Of a stretch of DNA of 64,000 nt, positions 28,862 through 38,132 are shown piece by piece (the first letter of the stretch is position 1; the number at the start of each line of letters is the position of its first letter). Below the pieces are notes generated by a model. The model ran no database searches, was not told the DNA's origin, and worked only from the letters and a program-made list of their open reading frames with translations. The stretch lies in assembly GCA_045653705.1 (NCBI GenBank), contig JAZOMG010000044.1, forward strand, positions 10,137 to 74,136, written 5' to 3'. A program made the translations under genes and the position numbers. Source of the DNA: Eubacteriales bacterium. GTDB lineage: Bacteria > Bacillota > Clostridia > Oscillospirales > CAG-272.

Positions 28862-29187
28862 AAAACCACCTGCTAAGCAGGTGGTTCTGTAGAGGCTTTT
28901 GCCGATGAGCTATCCCGCCGCAGCGGTAGCCTTCCCCAGCGGGGAAGGTGGCACGACGTAAGGAGTGACGGATGAGGAGAACACCTTTTTGTGTGTCTGT
29001 ATCCACTCTCCTCATCCACCACTACCGTGGTCCCCCTTCCCCGCTGGGGAAGGCTAAGGATTGTCGCCGCATTTGTGGCTGTAGTGCGGGGTTGCGAGTG
29101 TTAGATTTTTCGGTGGGCTTTCAGCCCCGCCAGTAATATGCCCTTATAGGGCTGAGCAAGCCACCGGCTTAGCCGGTGGTTATGACT
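28862..29187. mobile_element. Non-autonomous IS200/IS605-like remnant (subterminal hairpins, no transposase)
   Basis: Related hairpins AACCACCTGC-TAA-GCAGGTGGTT (28864-28886) and AGCCACCGGC-TTA-GCCGGTGGTT (29159-29181), plus GCCCTTATAGGGC, resembling clostridial IS200-type ends; no ORF between. Confidence 0.55.
28927..29056. repeat. Inverted pair of REP-like elements (CTTCCCC-N3-GGGGAAG...GATGAGG family)
   Basis: 28927-28980 and the reverse complement of 29007-29056 share TAGCCTTCCCCAGCGGGGAAGG and GGATGAGGAGA. Confidence 0.85.
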
Positions 29188-29282
29188 TTTAAGCTCATTG
29201 TTTGCTTGGCTCAAAATGACAAGGTAAGCTGAATTTTTACAGCCACATCTCTACCGCTATAAAACTAACCCAAAGGCAAGCT

Positions 29283-30197
29283 CTACTTTTCTCCCCCAAG
29301 ATATCTTTCGTAATAGAAAAGATACTGCTGGGCGATACCCGCGTATTCTCCGAACAGAGTGGGGGTGAAATCTCTTTCGGGGAAATATCTCGTCATTGCC
29401 TTTTTTATCCACACGTCAACGGGAAAGGCATCGTAACGCTTGCAGGCGAAAAGCAAAATACAGGAAGCCACCTTTGGTCCGACGCCCTTTATTTTGCAAA
29501 GATATTCAAGCCCCTGGGCGGTGCTGTCAAGCTCCAAAAGATGCGCCGTGTCTATCTCTTTGCGCATAAGCTTTTCGGTTGCGTCGTATATGTATTTAGC
29601 TCTGAAGCCTGTCTTTGCCGCAAAAAGCCCCTCCACCCCTAGAGAGTTAAGGGCTTTTGCTGTAGGGAAGGAACAAAGAGAGGACTTGCCCGATAAATGT
29701 AGCTCCATTTCTTCGGGTACGTCTATCCTTTCGCCAAGCTGTGACGACAGCCGCTCGATTATCTGCTTTATTCTCGGTATATTGTTGTTTTGTGAGATTA
29801 TAAAGGATATGACCGTTTCCACAGGCTCTTGGGCGAGTATTCGGATACCCTTTCCGTATTTTACCGCCTCGGCAAAGGGGGCGCTGTCGCAAAGAGACAA
29901 AAGCCGTCTGTCAACCTCGGAATAATCAAGGTCAAGTCCAAGATATGCCCGCCATATATTCTCAAAATCATCGGCGGTGGAATTATACACGTAAAGGGTG
30001 TCGCCGTCCTGCGCAAAGGATACGACCCTGCCAAAGGCAACGCCCGAATATTCGATCTCGTGAGGGCTGTTCTCCACCTTGTCAAAGCGGAAGCATTGAC
30101 CGCAGTCAAATATCTTTCCCACGTCAAAATTATCTTCGGGCCTTACCGTCACTCGGCAAAGCCCCCCTATACGCTCCTCGCAAATTATATCTGTCAT
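29283..30197 (-). CDS. 8-oxoguanine DNA glycosylase (OGG1-like HhH-GPD)
   Basis: FDCGQCFRF, SFIISQNNNIPRI, IKGVGPKVA, FPVDVW, AQQYLF motifs. Confidence 0.92.
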   Translation of the reverse strand: MTDIICEERIGGLCRVTVRPEDNFDVGKIFDCGQCFRFDKVENSPHEIEYSGVAFGRVVSFAQDGDTLYVYNSTADDFENIWRAYLGLDLDYSEVDRRLLSLCDSAPFAEAVKYGKGIRILAQEPVETVISFIISQNNNIPRIKQIIERLSSQLGERIDVPEEMELHLSGKSSLCSFPTAKALNSLGVEGLFAAKTGFRAKYIYDATEKLMRKEIDTAHLLELDSTAQGLEYLCKIKGVGPKVASCILLFACKRYDAFPVDVWIKKAMTRYFPERDFTPTLFGEYAGIAQQYLFYYERYLGGEK

Positions 30198-30346
30198 AGG
30201 TTATCTCCCGATTTCATTTATTCTGCTCTATGGCAAAAAAAGCCTTGAAAAAATCTCGCTTTTATGCTATAATTATATCATACGGAGATAGGTTTTTTCA
30301 AGTACCGTTCCGCACTTTCTAAAAACAATTTTTGGGGGTCTCTGTT

Positions 30347-31072
30347 ATGGAGCAGATATATACGATACCTGTAAACGAAGCCTTTGAGGCTTCCGCCGCC
30401 GACCGCGCCTGCGGTTGTCCCTTTTGCGCCCTGTATAATAAGCTTGAGGACGATGAGCTGGAGCTTATTTTAGGCGCTTCAATGATGGAGCCCGACGTGC
30501 GTATAAAAACAAACAAGGAGGGCTTTTGCCGAACGCATTACGATATGATGTTCACTCGCAAGAACCGTCTCGGAATGGCTCTGACCTTAGAGAGCCACCT
30601 TGCGGAGCTTTCAAAGGAGATAAAGGACGGCAAGCTCTTTTCCCCTGCGGGCGCTCGCCCTATGAAGCGTATTGCCGCCTTGGAGGATAGCTGTTACGTT
30701 TGCCGCCGTATCGAATTCAATTTCGGTCATATGATAGAAACCGCCGTTCTTCTTTGGGAAAACGATGAGAGCTTCCGCCCGAAGCTGACGGCTCAGCCCT
30801 ATTTCTGTTTGCCCCATTACCGCCGTTTGCTCACGGTTGCCGCGGGCAGGCTTGACAAAAAGCGGTTTGCCGAATTTGAGAAGGTCTGCGCCGATATAGT
30901 TAACGGATATATGGACGAGCTTCAAGAGGACGTAAGCTGGTTTTGTAAAAAATTCGACTACCGCTATGACGAGGAGCCCTGGTATAACTCAAAGGACGCC
31001 GTAGAGAGGTCTATGCGGTTCTTGCGCTCCGATCTGCACCGCCCACCCGAAAAAAAGGCTAAAAAATATTAA
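30347..31072 (+). CDS. Conserved clostridial protein with repeated CxxC/CxxH motifs (DUF6062-like)
   Basis: MEQIYTIPVNEAF, CPFC, FCRTH, CYVC, FCLPH, KFDYR. Confidence 0.7.
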   Translation: MEQIYTIPVNEAFEASAADRACGCPFCALYNKLEDDELELILGASMMEPDVRIKTNKEGFCRTHYDMMFTRKNRLGMALTLESHLAELSKEIKDGKLFSPAGARPMKRIAALEDSCYVCRRIEFNFGHMIETAVLLWENDESFRPKLTAQPYFCLPHYRRLLTVAAGRLDKKRFAEFEKVCADIVNGYMDELQEDVSWFCKKFDYRYDEEPWYNSKDAVERSMRFLRSDLHRPPEKKAKKY

Positions 31073-31106
31073 AAAGGTATTATTTTCTAAAAAACGAGGA
31101 ATAAAT

Positions 31107-31661
31107 ATGATTGACCTGCTTGACCTGCAAAAGCATTTTATACTTACTCACCTGAAAGAGGGAGACGTTGCCGTTGACTTCACAATGGGCAACGGACACG
31201 ACACCGAGTTTCTTTCAAAGACCGTGGGAGAATACGGACACGTTTTTGCCTTTGACGTTCAGGAGCAAGCCCTTGCCTCTACCTCGGAAAATCTCCAAAA
31301 GGCGGGCTGCCCTAACAATTATACGCTCATTCTCGATTCTCACCATAACGTAAAAAAATACGTTGACGTTCCCATAAAGGCGGGAATGTTCAACCTTGGC
31401 TATCTGCCGGGAAGCGACAAAAGTGTTACCACTATGCGCGAGACTACTCTGCCCGCCATTGAAGCGGCAATAGAGCTTATGGACAGAGACGCTATAATTC
31501 TTATAGCTGTTTACCCTGGGCACGCCGAGGGAGAGGCTGAGGGCAAGCTTATCTGCGAATATCTTTCCTCTCTTTCAAGGTACAAGGTATGCGCTACAAG
31601 AATAAACATTCTCAACTCGCCTACCTCACCCTTTTTCATAATAATAGAAAACAAACCCTGA
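31107..31661 (+). CDS. SAM-dependent methyltransferase, YtqB/MnmM family
   Basis: DFTMGNGHDT, FDVQ..A, MFNLGYLPG.DK, YPGH motifs. Confidence 0.85.
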   Translation: MIDLLDLQKHFILTHLKEGDVAVDFTMGNGHDTEFLSKTVGEYGHVFAFDVQEQALASTSENLQKAGCPNNYTLILDSHHNVKKYVDVPIKAGMFNLGYLPGSDKSVTTMRETTLPAIEAAIELMDRDAIILIAVYPGHAEGEAEGKLICEYLSSLSRYKVCATRINILNSPTSPFFIIIENKP

Positions 31662-31676
31662 AAGGTTGATTTATAA

Positions 31677-33104
31677 ATGAAAAAAAAGAGATCCCAAGAA
31701 TACAATAGCCTTGAGGGCGAAGAAATAAACGAGCCCCAACAGTCCGATGCCCTCTCCGATGAGGAGCTTTCGGTTCTTCGGGCAAGCATCGAGGGCGCGC
31801 AGATCGACAGGAGCAAGCTCCCCCCTCACGACACCTCGGACAAGGCTACCTTTTTTCGCTTTATAAAGTCAAATTCACTCCTTGCCATAGCATCGGTCAT
31901 AGTTGCTGTCGCCATAGTAGTGGGCGCGGTGGCAGGCTCGGTTTTTTTGGCTTTGAATTTCCTTGAATATACCCGAAAGTATACGGTGGTCATCGCCGAC
32001 GAGGACCCTTATACAGTAGACAGACAGGATGCCGTTATAGGAGATGTGCTTTACGTGGATATGGTTAAGCTTGCGGATATAGTGGGGCTTACCGTCAGCG
32101 GCTCGGAGTCGAGAATACAGTTCACTTCCATAAAAAACGGTTCTTATCTTCTTTTTGAGGACGGAAGCGAATATGTATATATCAACGGCGGAAGAACACA
32201 GATACAGGCTGTTCCTCTGGATGGAAACAGGTCGGTGACCGCCAAGGCATATGTTAGCGAAAGCTCATGCCTTGTTCCTTATACCTTTCTTACGAAGGTC
32301 ATATCCGAGGATACATTGATAATGAAATTCGATTCGGAGACCCGAACGGTTTATCTGAAGCCCAAATACACCGTCTATGACGGAGACCTTGAAAACCGAG
32401 TTATGAAGGAGCTGTTATTTATTACGGATAATTTTGACGTTACCATTCCCGAGGGCGAGCGCCCCAACTATACCTATTCCTACACTATTGATATCAGCGA
32501 ATATATAGGCAGTATCGACACCGAGTATCTTATGCTTGTAAACAAGGAAAACTCTATCGGCTCGTATGCTCCGAGTAACCTAAAGGAGCTGGAATGTCCC
32601 ACAACGAGAAGCAATCTTTCGCTTGATTACGACGCGGCTGTGGCTGTCGAGGCTATGATGATAGAAATGGCGGCGGCGGGAATTAAGGAGACCTACGTTA
32701 CAAGCGCCTACCGAAGCTATGCTTATCAAAAAAATCTCTACGACGGATACGTACAGAAGGAGATGGCGGAAGACCCGTCGATATCCCCTGAGGAAGCCGA
32801 AAGACGGGCGTCCGTATATTCGGCAAAGCCCGGGCAGAGCGAGCATCAAACAGGACTTTGCCTCGACTTTATCACCGCCGATATGGGCGGAAACCTTAAC
32901 GAGGAATTTGAGAATAAGGAAGCCTTTGAATGGCTGAGAAAGAATGCCTACAAATACGGATTTATTCTGCGTTACCCCAAGGATAAGGTAGAGGTTACGG
33001 GCTACCAGTATGAGCCGTGGCACTACCGCTTTGTTGGCAGACAGGCGGCAAGCGAGATATATTTTTCGGGAATGTGTCTTGAGGAGTATCTTGCGGGACA
33101 GTAA
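31677..33104 (+). CDS. Membrane-anchored M15B (VanY-like) carboxypeptidase
   Basis: Single TM; SAYRS, SEHQTGL..D, YGFILRYP, EPWHYR motifs. Confidence 0.88.
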   Translation: MKKKRSQEYNSLEGEEINEPQQSDALSDEELSVLRASIEGAQIDRSKLPPHDTSDKATFFRFIKSNSLLAIASVIVAVAIVVGAVAGSVFLALNFLEYTRKYTVVIADEDPYTVDRQDAVIGDVLYVDMVKLADIVGLTVSGSESRIQFTSIKNGSYLLFEDGSEYVYINGGRTQIQAVPLDGNRSVTAKAYVSESSCLVPYTFLTKVISEDTLIMKFDSETRTVYLKPKYTVYDGDLENRVMKELLFITDNFDVTIPEGERPNYTYSYTIDISEYIGSIDTEYLMLVNKENSIGSYAPSNLKELECPTTRSNLSLDYDAAVAVEAMMIEMAAAGIKETYVTSAYRSYAYQKNLYDGYVQKEMAEDPSISPEEAERRASVYSAKPGQSEHQTGLCLDFITADMGGNLNEEFENKEAFEWLRKNAYKYGFILRYPKDKVEVTGYQYEPWHYRFVGRQAASEIYFSGMCLEEYLAGQ

Positions 33105-33133
33105 GACAGTTTTATATAATAAAGGGGGTCAAT

Positions 33134-33604
33134 ATGGCTAAAAGAAAAAAGAAAAACAATTCAAACCTAATTACCGCGTTGATGTACGTTCTTATCGGAG
33201 CGCTGTGCTGTATCTTTGGCGGCGGTATGATAGAGATGCTTCTCACTATTGTGGGTATTGTGTTTATCGTTTTCGGTGTTCTTGAAATAGCGAAAAAAAG
33301 AATGGCATCGGGCATTGTCAGCTTAGTTATCGGTATTGTGGTGCTTATCGGCGGATGGGCGATAACCGAGGTTATAATGCTTGTGTTCGGTATTCTTGTG
33401 GCAATAAAGGGTGTTATTTCGCTTCTTGACGCATTAAAAAGGAGATCCTCTCTCGACCTTATTTTTGCCGTTCTTACGGTGGTTGCTGGACTTATCCTTG
33501 CATTTGCCTTTGGCGAGACCGCCGATATAGTTATAAGAATAGCAGGCGTTCTCCTGGCGGTCAATGGAATACTTGCCCTTGCGGGAAAAGGCTTTTCCAA
33601 ATAA
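33134..33604 (+). CDS. Small multi-pass membrane protein (DUF308/HdeD-like)
   Basis: Six short Gly-rich TM helices in repeated pairs. Confidence 0.6.
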   Translation: MAKRKKKNNSNLITALMYVLIGALCCIFGGGMIEMLLTIVGIVFIVFGVLEIAKKRMASGIVSLVIGIVVLIGGWAITEVIMLVFGILVAIKGVISLLDALKRRSSLDLIFAVLTVVAGLILAFAFGETADIVIRIAGVLLAVNGILALAGKGFSK

Positions 33605-33621
33605 CAATGGTATAAATACCG

Positions 33622-33649
33622 AAAGCGGGAGGTTGACAGCCTCCCGCTT
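33622..33649 (+). terminator. Intrinsic terminator
   Basis: AAAGCGGGAGGT-TGAC-AGCCTCCCGCTTT-type hairpin. Confidence 0.7.
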
Positions 33650-33659
33650 TATCTAACTG

Positions 33660-33708
33660 TGTCATCTCTGAGCCTTTTCGCCGTAGGCGAAAAGGCTCAG
33701 AGATGACA
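33660..33708. repeat. Perfect 23-bp-stem palindrome
   Basis: TGTCATCTCTGAGCCTTTTCGCC-GTA-GGCGAAAAGGCTCAGAGATGACA. Confidence 0.9.
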
Positions 33709-33759
33709 AATAGAGCGTTTGTTTTGGGGATTAGAGTTTAATCGAATTTTTGAAAATAG

Positions 33760-33787
33760 AAAAGGCTTACGAAATTCGTAAGCCTTT
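33760..33787 (-). terminator. Intrinsic terminator of the lipoprotein gene
   Basis: AAAGGCTTACGAA-A-TTCGTAAGCCTTT palindrome. Confidence 0.65.
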
Positions 33788-33806
33788 GATTTTTATGTTG
33801 TTCTAA

Positions 33807-34622
33807 TTAACTGAGGTATCCGTTATCGTTATTTCCGCCACCTGTTGACCAAGTAGTGTCTAAGATACGACCGTCGTTAAAGGACTTCGCCTGAATGTAG
33901 AACACACCGGGAGTTGTTTCATAGTCCTTATACTCGGTTGTTCCAAATGTTAATTTTCCTGTGAACTCAACCTTTACCCAGCTTCCGTTTGCACTAACGG
34001 CAAGCTTCTTTAATGTGTAACCTTGAGCAAGGTTGCCGGGAAGGATTCCGCTTGCAGTATACGCATTGTTAAGGTATGCGAGCGAATCGTTGGGGTCATC
34101 AATGAAGAAAGGCGATCTGTAGAAAACGACCTTGTTAGTATTTGCGGGATTAATCTCGATCGTAACGGGACCGTTTTCAACGTCTGTAAATTTAAAATTG
34201 TTACCATTCTTTTCAATGTATATGCTCTTTATGTAGTATGTAGAGCCGTCAACGCTTACTTTGTCCCAAGTATAGTTGGTTTCTAAACGGTTAATAGCTG
34301 TTCCAAAGGTAACCTTTTTATCGGACTTGACGCTATCAGCATTGCTGGGTTCTGTACGCAACGTAACATTTACGCCTACATAAACCGTATCGTTAGTCTC
34401 TATCCAACCCGTAGGGTTGCTATTATTACCCTCGTTGTCCGAATCCGTGCTGTCGTTTGTATCGTCAGAGGTATCAACCGTACCGTCATCCGACTCGTCT
34501 ACGTAGTCGTTTTCATCATCCCAGCCGCCGTCGTTGGGAGTTCTGCGGTTGTTCTCGCAAGAAACGAGAGCGATAGTTGATGTCATAAGAAGCGCCAGTA
34601 AAATTGCCAGTGTTTTTTTCAT
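33807..34622 (-). CDS. Lipoprotein with acidic linker and SH3b-like domain
   Basis: Lipobox LVSC; D/N-rich linker; VNVTLRTEPS...WDKVSVDGSTYYI. Confidence 0.7.
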   Translation of the reverse strand: MKKTLAILLALLMTSTIALVSCENNRRTPNDGGWDDENDYVDESDDGTVDTSDDTNDSTDSDNEGNNSNPTGWIETNDTVYVGVNVTLRTEPSNADSVKSDKKVTFGTAINRLETNYTWDKVSVDGSTYYIKSIYIEKNGNNFKFTDVENGPVTIEINPANTNKVVFYRSPFFIDDPNDSLAYLNNAYTASGILPGNLAQGYTLKKLAVSANGSWVKVEFTGKLTFGTTEYKDYETTPGVFYIQAKSFNDGRILDTTWSTGGGNNDNGYLS

Positions 34623-34787
34623 TTTTCTTCAATTCTCCTTTAATTTTTTGTTCCTTTTATAGTCCATTCGGCAGGGTGGTGCAATGCCGAATACAAATCG
34701 ATATAATACACAGTACATTATACCAAAAAAAACATACCCTGTCAAGCGAAAACAGCAAAGATTTTAGGAATATTTTTTATACGTGGA

Positions 34788-35576
34788 TCAATCGCGATTT
34801 TTTTCGTTTTTTCTTGTCTTTATAAGCTTTTTTATTGCCAGAACAGCCACCCGTATGGCTCTGTCGGTGTCGTGACATTCGCTGTTGTCGGTGTCAAGTC
34901 CACCGTTGTATCTTTCCTGATTCCAAACGCAGGTAAATACCGAGCCTGCCGAAACTCCTAATGTCGCCGCTACCGTGTAAATAGCCGCCGCTTCCATCTC
35001 GCTCGCCAGCACGCCCAGACGCTTCCACGCTTCCCATTTTGCCAGAAGCTCGGAGGATGTGGGCATACGCAGAGGGGAGTGCTGACCGTAAAAGGAATCC
35101 TTGCTTTGTACCACTCCCGTGTGATAGGACAGGTCAAGCTCTCTCGCCGCTTCCACTAAGGCAAAAAGCGTATCTGTGTCAGCCACGGCGGGAAATTCCA
35201 TAGGGGCGTATTCTCTCGACGTTCCGTCCTGTCTTACTGCTCCCGAGGCTATGACTACGTCTCCCGACCGAACAGGCAGAGCTATTCCGCCGCAGGTGCC
35301 CACACGGATAAAGGTATCCGCTCCGCAAGCGGTCAGCTCCTCAACGGCAATAGCCGCCGACGGACCGCCGATGCCCGTAGAGCAGACTGTTACAAGCTCG
35401 CCGCAAAGGTATCCGCAATATATGTTATATTCGCGGTTTGAGGTAAGATGATAGGCTCCGTCAAGGTAGGCGGCTATCTTCTCGCACCGCCCGGGGTCAC
35501 CGGGGAGCAGACAGTACTTGCCTATCTCTCCCTTTGCCGCGTTTATGTGGTATTGCCTTTCGTCTGTTTTCAGCAT
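34788..35576 (-). CDS. udp: Uridine phosphorylase
   Basis: [33 protein letters not shown] motifs. Confidence 0.9.
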   Translation of the reverse strand: MLKTDERQYHINAAKGEIGKYCLLPGDPGRCEKIAAYLDGAYHLTSNREYNIYCGYLCGELVTVCSTGIGGPSAAIAVEELTACGADTFIRVGTCGGIALPVRSGDVVIASGAVRQDGTSREYAPMEFPAVADTDTLFALVEAARELDLSYHTGVVQSKDSFYGQHSPLRMPTSSELLAKWEAWKRLGVLASEMEAAAIYTVAATLGVSAGSVFTCVWNQERYNGGLDTDNSECHDTDRAIRVAVLAIKKLIKTRKNEKNRD

Positions 35577-35593
35577 AGGCGCATCCTTTCAAT

Positions 35594-36466
35594 TTATCCG
35601 AATATAAGGGAATAGCAAAGCTTCTTTTGGGTGTCGGGGGAAATTCTGAACATATCCCGCTTTTTTGCGAAATCGTCTATTTCTCCGTCATAAGAGGGCA
35701 GACCGCACCAAGGCTCTATGCACAGGTAGGGGGCATCGGTGCGAGGGGCGTGCCAGAAGCCAACGTAGGGGAACTCCTCGGCGCTAAAGGTAACGAATCG
35801 GTCGCTCTTTGCCGACTTGAGGGAAATTTCGGTTGAGTTCCTTGCAAGGAAGATAGCGTCGTTGTCAAAAAGGCTGTGTCTGAGGGGCAGGACCTTTCCG
35901 CCCTCGATATAAAAGGCTTCGTTTTTGCCTGTCATAAAGCAGGTGTCCGAAAGACCTATGCGGTCGGGACTGCAAGGCTCGGTAAATTCGATATACCAAT
36001 CCTCAAAGCTGCCGCCCTCAAGGGGTACGTTGAAGCCCGGGTGAAGTCCTACCGTAAAGGGCAAGACCTTATCGCCTGTATTCTTTACGGTGATACTGCT
36101 TGCAAGCTTATTTCCGCAAAGGCAGTATTCTACCGAAAGCTCAAAATCAAAGGGATATACCGAGAGGCTGTCGCCGTTTTCGGTAAGTCTGAAGCGGATA
36201 GAAGTATCATTTGTTTGCTCTGCGGAGAATACGGAATGACGGGCGAAGCCGTGAATGGTCATTTCATATTCCTTTTCGCCGTAGGTATATTTGCCGCCGA
36301 AAAGTCTGCCGCATATAGGGAAAAGCAGAGGGGCTTGACCCGCCCAATACTTGGGGTCGCCCTGCCATATGTATTCGCAGTCTGAGGTGTTTTTAACCGA
36401 AACTATCTCAGCTCCCTTGTCCGAAAGCTGTACCGTCAGAAATTCGTTTTTTAAAGTGTATAGCAT
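35594..36466 (-). CDS. Aldose 1-epimerase family protein (LacX-like)
   Basis: EYIWQGD, APLLFP, HGFAR, GLHPGF, LCIEPW motifs. Confidence 0.9.
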   Translation of the reverse strand: MLYTLKNEFLTVQLSDKGAEIVSVKNTSDCEYIWQGDPKYWAGQAPLLFPICGRLFGGKYTYGEKEYEMTIHGFARHSVFSAEQTNDTSIRFRLTENGDSLSVYPFDFELSVEYCLCGNKLASSITVKNTGDKVLPFTVGLHPGFNVPLEGGSFEDWYIEFTEPCSPDRIGLSDTCFMTGKNEAFYIEGGKVLPLRHSLFDNDAIFLARNSTEISLKSAKSDRFVTFSAEEFPYVGFWHAPRTDAPYLCIEPWCGLPSYDGEIDDFAKKRDMFRISPDTQKKLCYSLIFG

Positions 36467-36535
36467 ATTTTATATCCTTTCAAAAAAGAGATTTTTTACG
36501 GTTATATTATACCACACTTAAAATGTCAAATTCAA

Positions 36536-36564
36536 GTATATCGGCTGAATTTTTGCAAATAATA
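36536..36564 (+). promoter_or_regulatory. Probable sigmaG/sigmaF promoter of spoVAD-spoVAE
   Basis: GTATA-N17-AATAATA. Confidence 0.55.
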
Positions 36565-36594
36565 TTTCGGAATAAAAAATACGGAGATAGGCAT

Positions 36595-37602
36595 ATGAAA
36601 AAGGGAATATTAAAATTTGACGGCGGCGCGGCTATCGTTTCGGCGGCTTCTGCGGTGGGAAAATACGAGCACGAGGGACCTCTCGGAGATTGCTTTGATC
36701 TGCACGATTCCACTGACAAATTCGGAATGAATACCTGGGAGCGAGCCGAGAGTGAAATGCAGAGACTTGCCTTTAATACTGCCCTTGCCAAGGCATCGGC
36801 AAAGGAGCGAGACGTGGAAGCCCTATTTGCGGGAGATCTGCTCAATCAGTGCGTAGGCTCATCCTACGGGCTTCTTGATTTTGACATTCCCTATTTTGGA
36901 CTTTACGGCGCTTGCTCTACGGCGGCTGAAAGCATTATGCTGGCTTCCGCGTTCGTCTCGGCAGGATATTTTTCTACTGCCGCCGCCGTGACATCATCTC
37001 ATTTCTGTTCTGCCGAAAGACAGTACAGAACACCTCTTGAATACGGCGCTCAGCGCTCTCCCACAGCGCAGTGGACGGTAACGGGATCGGGCGCCTTCAT
37101 ACTCAGAAAAGAGGGCAGAGTGCGCGTTACCGAGGCAATGCCGGGTATCGTTGTGGAAAAGGGAATAAACGATGCAACAAATATGGGTGCCGCAATGGCG
37201 CCTGCGGCGGCAAGCACCATCAGCCGTTATTTTAAGGAGAGCGGTCGCTCTCCCGATGAATTTGACGCTATCATTACGGGCGACCTTGGCTACGAGGGCG
37301 GCTCTATTCTTTGCGAGCTTCTTGTTGCCGATGGGCTTGATATCCGTCGGCAGTATAACGATTGCGGAATGATGATATACGACAGAAAAACACAGGACAA
37401 GCACGCCGGGGGCTCGGGCTGCGGATGCTCGGCGGTGGTTTTTGCCTCCCATCTTCTGCCACAGCTTGAGCGCTGTAAGCTTCGCCGTATTCTTCTCATA
37501 GGTACGGGAGCTATGATGAGTCCGTCAAGCCTGCAACAGGGTCTTGCTATTCCCGCCGTCGCTCATCTTATTGCCGTCTGTAATGAAAAATATTGTTTTT
37601 AG
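36595..37602 (+). CDS. spoVAD: Stage V sporulation protein AD
   Basis: EGPLG, AGDLLNQC, GLYGACST, SSHFCSAERQYR.PLEYG, GGSGCGCS motifs. Confidence 0.95.
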   Translation: MKKGILKFDGGAAIVSAASAVGKYEHEGPLGDCFDLHDSTDKFGMNTWERAESEMQRLAFNTALAKASAKERDVEALFAGDLLNQCVGSSYGLLDFDIPYFGLYGACSTAAESIMLASAFVSAGYFSTAAAVTSSHFCSAERQYRTPLEYGAQRSPTAQWTVTGSGAFILRKEGRVRVTEAMPGIVVEKGINDATNMGAAMAPAAASTISRYFKESGRSPDEFDAIITGDLGYEGGSILCELLVADGLDIRRQYNDCGMMIYDRKTQDKHAGGSGCGCSAVVFASHLLPQLERCKLRRILLIGTGAMMSPSSLQQGLAIPAVAHLIAVCNEKYCF

Positions 37603-37609
37603 GTGAGAT

Positions 37610-37975
37610 ATGGAACTGTTTTTAGATTGTTTATGGGCTTTTTTAATAGGGGGGATCCTATGTGTTATTGCTCAGATATTACTTGACAAGACATCCTTGA
37701 CCCCCGCGCGTATTCTTGTGGGCTACGTTGTGGCAGGTGTTATACTCGGAGCGGTGGGGGCGTATGAGCCCTTAGCCGAGCTTGCGGGGGCGGGGGCTAC
37801 TACCCCTCTGACGGGCTTTGGATATCTTATAGCAAAGGGTGTGCGCGCGGCAGTTGACGAAAAAGGACTTCTCGGCGCGCTGACAGGCGGGCTGTCTGCC
37901 GCCTCGGGCGGTATAGCCGCCGCCATCTGCTTCGGTTATATAGCCGCCCTTATCGCCCGCCGACGGACAAAGTGA
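37610..37975 (+). CDS. spoVAE: Stage V sporulation protein AE (SpoVAEb)
   Basis: AFLIGG.LC.IAQ...D.T.LTPARILV, AGAGAT.PLTGFG motifs; follows spoVAD. Confidence 0.9.
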   Translation: MELFLDCLWAFLIGGILCVIAQILLDKTSLTPARILVGYVVAGVILGAVGAYEPLAELAGAGATTPLTGFGYLIAKGVRAAVDEKGLLGALTGGLSAASGGIAAAICFGYIAALIARRRTK

Positions 37976-38005
37976 TTTTTGGCAGAGAACGGGCGTATTG
38001 CACTT

Positions 38006-38048
38006 CCACCCCATCAGTCATATCCTTGCGGTATGACTGATGGGGTGG
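38006..38048. repeat. 17-bp-stem hairpin resembling fused REP tails
   Basis: CCACCCCATCAGTCATA-N9-TATGACTGATGGGGTGG. Confidence 0.7.
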
Positions 38049-38132
38049 TAAGATTTTAGTTTTGGTCTGTGAAATAAAAGAGCTCTCGGCAGAGTGGGCA
38101 AGAATGCTCTTGTACTGCCGAGAGACTTATTT

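Noticed and set aside
31677-33104. Vancomycin-resistance gene (vanY)
   Set aside because: M15B peptidase domain only; no vanHAX/vanRS neighbours, so likely a housekeeping cell-wall enzyme
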